A stretch of 64,000 nucleotides of DNA from Podarcis muralis (lineage: Eukaryota). Under the pieces are notes generated by a model that was not told the origin of the DNA, did not search any database, and saw only the letters and a program-made list of their open reading frames with translations. Shown piece after piece: positions 60,690 through 64,000 of this stretch; position 1 is the stretch's first letter; every line of letters begins with the position of its first letter. The translations under genes and the position numbers were made by a program. The stretch lies in NCBI RefSeq assembly GCF_964188315.1, contig NC_135661.1:32178001-32242000 (forward strand), in the 5' to 3' direction.

Positions 60690-61290
60690 AAGAAAGCAAA
60701 CCAATAATATTAGACACTTCAATGACAGCTGCATTCTGACATAACACTAAACCATACATTAGCGCTATAGGATTTCGCCTGGGTGAGCCATGGTTGTGTT
60801 TTCCCCTCCCCCTTTGCTTCTCTGGTGTGGCTTCAAGAAAGAGACTGGATGTTTTCATTTCCATTGGCAACTAACCAGAGTTACTAGTTTCTTCCAAACT
60901 TAGAACTGAGGTTAGCCCCTGAACCGAGCTACCCGCTTGGCAGGTCCCCACGCGCTGTGCTAAACCGGCACAGCACGGTGCAGGGGCTCTCTTCCGCGGT
61001 GCTGGAAATTGCGTCTGCACAGACGCAGACACCGGAAATCGCGTCTGTGCAAATGCAGACACCAGAAATTGCGGGTGCTCGTGCTCACACACACACACAA
61101 TCCGGCCCACGGAGGGATCTCTGCTGCAGTGAACCGGCCCAGGCGAGGTAAACCTTGCCGACCTCTGCTTTACAGAAATGAGCCATGGATTGTGAGCCAT
61201 GGTTTGAAGTTGTCTTGTTTCATTAATCCATAGTTAAAACTAACCACAATTTGCCTGGTTTCAAACATGAGTAACCTATCTCCTCCTTAC
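60690..61290. mobile_element. DNA-transposon-like remnant (aaccat-motif type) with a nested GC-rich insert at about 60895-61165
   Basis: Repeated taaaccat / gagccatgg / taaccac motifs on both sides of a CpG-rich block. Termini not resolved. Confidence 0.45.
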
Positions 61291-62757
61291 ACTTTTGGTC
61301 TCTTCTTTGCGTCTGAAGGAATGGTGGGGAACACATAAGGCTCATTCACACAAGACCTTAAGGCTCAAGCCACAGGTTGCATTAATTGTGAACCAGACAG
61401 TGCTCGAAACTCCCATTATTCTAGGTGCATTTTGCGACAGGGAATTTCATTAGTGCAAGCAGTTTCTGAGCTCTGGGTGCAGTACTGTGCCTAAGATTTC
61501 AGATTAAAACTGCAGAGTGGCATGAAAGGAGGACCATTTTCTGCCTCCCCACTTCCAGCTACTCTCTGAAGACTGGAGAAGAGACCATCTTAAGAATATT
61601 GGGGGGGGGCAGGGGAAGGACTAGACCATGTGAAAAATGAACATAATATTTTAGCTGCAGTTCACTCATTTTCAGGTTTGTATTCTTGTTATAAAAAAGC
61701 ATGCCTAGATATTCCATTGTTGTGCCCATAACCTAGGTTTAAGCTGCCATTTAGCTCCTAGCTTTCATATCTCAGTTTCTAACACTGGAACCAGAGAAAC
61801 TGGTTTCTGAGAAGAATAATCTTTCCCAGTCCCAGTTACACCAAGGACCGCTCCATGAGAATGAAATGGAATTGGATGAAGAGTCTCATCAGGTGTTGCC
61901 TAATTCCCATTAAACTCTTCCCCACATACCTCATGTTAACAGAACACACCAGTGTATTTAACTACTGCCATGTTCCAACTTCAATGAGCCAGTAAAGTTG
62001 GGCAGAATTTTACCACAAGAAGACAATGCTAATTAAGACAATGCACTTCTTTTAACGAGGTTGTGCACCAATGCTCACATGACACCAGCTGTAGTAAACA
62101 CCTGTGTACACCACAGATACAGCTGTCACTTCTCAGGTTCACCACTTGTGTGAATTGCACACTAATATGCATTTTACTAAGTGCAGACAAACTAAGAAGC
62201 TGTATATCACCACATGTTGCCAACACACATAGATACAGTAAAACAGGAGCAGGTGCACACACTATTAGTAGTAGTAAGCATTATTAATTGCATTTATTAA
62301 TTGCTTTATTTTTTTTAAGAAAAGTCTCAAAGCAATTGACAACAGTGTAAAATACAGCTAAATCAGTAAAAAAACAGATAAGAGGAACAGAAGACAATAA
62401 ACAAAATTCCTGAAGTATTCATCCAGTAATACTGTAAGAAAGACAAATCCTACCACCCTGCCCACTGAAAGATGAGCAACACAGCAGAGGCCAGAATCAT
62501 ACAACGGTATGGTTCACTTCACCTTGTACTTAAGTAGGTAAGCATGTCATGTGTGAATATGTTCTTAAATTCCATTCTAAAAGAATTTCTTCTCATCTCA
62601 GGCTCAAAGCACATTCCACAAACCTCTTTTGATATGGAGAGGTGAGAGGCAAAAACATATGCTGTGTCTGTTTCAATGGATATTGGTTCACTCAGAAAAC
62701 ACATCCTTAGCTTGTTCAGAGCCACAGATTCTATTTTAATGGATTTTAGGTTAGGCG

Positions 62758-62935
62758 CAGTGGTGTCCAAACTTTTTCCAAAGAGGGCCAGATTTGATGA
62801 AGTGAACGGCCATGAGGGCTGACCAAAGTTGTTGAGGTCTTTTTAGGATTGAAGTTGTCGAGGTTTTCGGGGGATTTTACCCCAGGAAATAAATTGCCAC
62901 AGGTGCCGGATTAAACCGACTGGCAGGCCTGGGCT
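62758..62935. mobile_element. hAT-like MITE, truncated at one end
   Basis: Starts cagtggtgtccaaac and is the reverse-complement homolog of 35800-35984. Confidence 0.72.
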
Positions 62936-63053
62936 AGGGGGATCTTACTTAGGTGAATGGCTTGGTGGTGACCTCGAGAGCAATGGCTAGTCTACGCAAA
63001 CAGCAGTGGATTAGATGAGCTACTTCTCTGACAGTATAATGCAAATTCAACTA

Positions 63054-63292
63054 CAGTAGTACCTCAGGTTACATACACTTCTGGTTACATATGCTTCAGG
63101 TTACAGACTCCGCTAACCCAGAAATATTACCTCGGGTTAAGAACTTTGCTTCAGGATGAGAACAGAAATCGCATGGTGATGCTGCGGCAGCGGGAGGCCC
63201 CATTAGCTAAAGTGCTGCTTCAGGTTAAGAACCGTTTCAGGTTAAGAACGGACCTCCGGAACGAATTAAGTGCTTAACCCGAGGTACCACTG
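63054..63292. mobile_element. Tc1/Mariner (Tigger-like) MITE, 239 bp
   Basis: TA TSD on both sides and TIR cagt(a/g)gtacctc(a/g)ggtt. Homologous to 50406-50630, with an extra subterminal repeat unit. Confidence 0.92.
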
Positions 63293-63789
63293 TACTAGTT
63301 AATATCCAATTAAGTCATACTCAGAGCAAGCCCATTGATTTCATTGGGTCCAATTGGACTAGGACTTATTTCACTATCTCCTTGTATCTGGAAGCAGAAA
63401 CTTTTCTGAACTTGACTACATATAGGTAAATCATATACATCCTTATGATGACCTAGATATTTCAAACTTCTCTATATAGCAATATTTCTAGGAACAATGC
63501 TGTCAAGCATGATGTTTCATTAGCTATTAGACCTATTATGCTATTATTAAAGTTCCAGCAGTATTTCAGTGTCATAATTCTACTTGCTTCTAAAGGAAAA
63601 CTTAACACCTATAACTTTCAGCAACGCAAAAAGTTACCACAGTCCTATGGCATATTTATGACACAGAACGGATCCATTAAATTAGGAGTGTTTTGTTAGG
63701 TTTTAATTTTAAGAACTGCATTGCCAATTTAAAATTATCCAGTGGGCTTCACCCCTAAACACAGATCTGCATATTAGGGGTCCTTAGAT

Positions 63790-63854
<65 letters not shown>
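63790..63854. repeat. (GATA)n microsatellite
   Basis: About 16 GATA units. Confidence 0.95.
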
Positions 63855-64000
63855 CCTGGCTGACATGGATCATAGAGACTCGTCTGCTGTCTTTCAAAAT
63901 GGGAACAAAACCAAGTAAGCTGCCAGATAGAAATGGAATCTCTCTCTTTATCCAAAAAAACCCCACAAAGTAGCACAAGGTCCTGTCTCCCGCTCACCCC

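Noticed and set aside
60544-60870. 108-aa hydrophobic ORF resembling a membrane protein
   Set aside because: It overlaps a DNA-transposon-like remnant, has no family motif, and hydrophobic translation is expected from a T-rich strand.
63755-63997. ORFs with IYLS repeats (also 3371-3646 YI repeats and 55654-55845 poly-L)
   Set aside because: Translations of GATA, TA and TAA microsatellites.

Overview
This is vertebrate nuclear DNA, not prokaryotic. Sauria SINEs, CR1, L2, L1 and BovB remnants and hAT/Mariner MITEs point to a squamate, probably a lacertid lizard (inference). I could not identify a complete host gene. The window reads as a large intron or intergenic region with several CNE-like blocks and six assembly gaps; one gap edge may hide an EGF-type exon. 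The outstanding structure is at 1292-3532: two 5'-truncated Penelope-like (PLE, GIY-YIG) copies joined head-to-head, with both 3' ends pointing outward into (TA)n. They form an 879-bp inverted repeat (1321-2199 / 2654-3532) that was identical everywhere I spot-checked. Each arm carries a minimal hammerhead-ribozyme motif. The central junction has an 11-bp snap-back hairpin, consistent with two target-primed cDNAs being joined by fold-back synthesis and microhomology. PLE hammerheads and inverted PLE insertions are known in general. What may be new is the base-level record of how this insertion was completed. The rest is ordinary repeat landscape with a few informative insertion junctions. No CRISPR array, rRNA or true tRNA gene was found.
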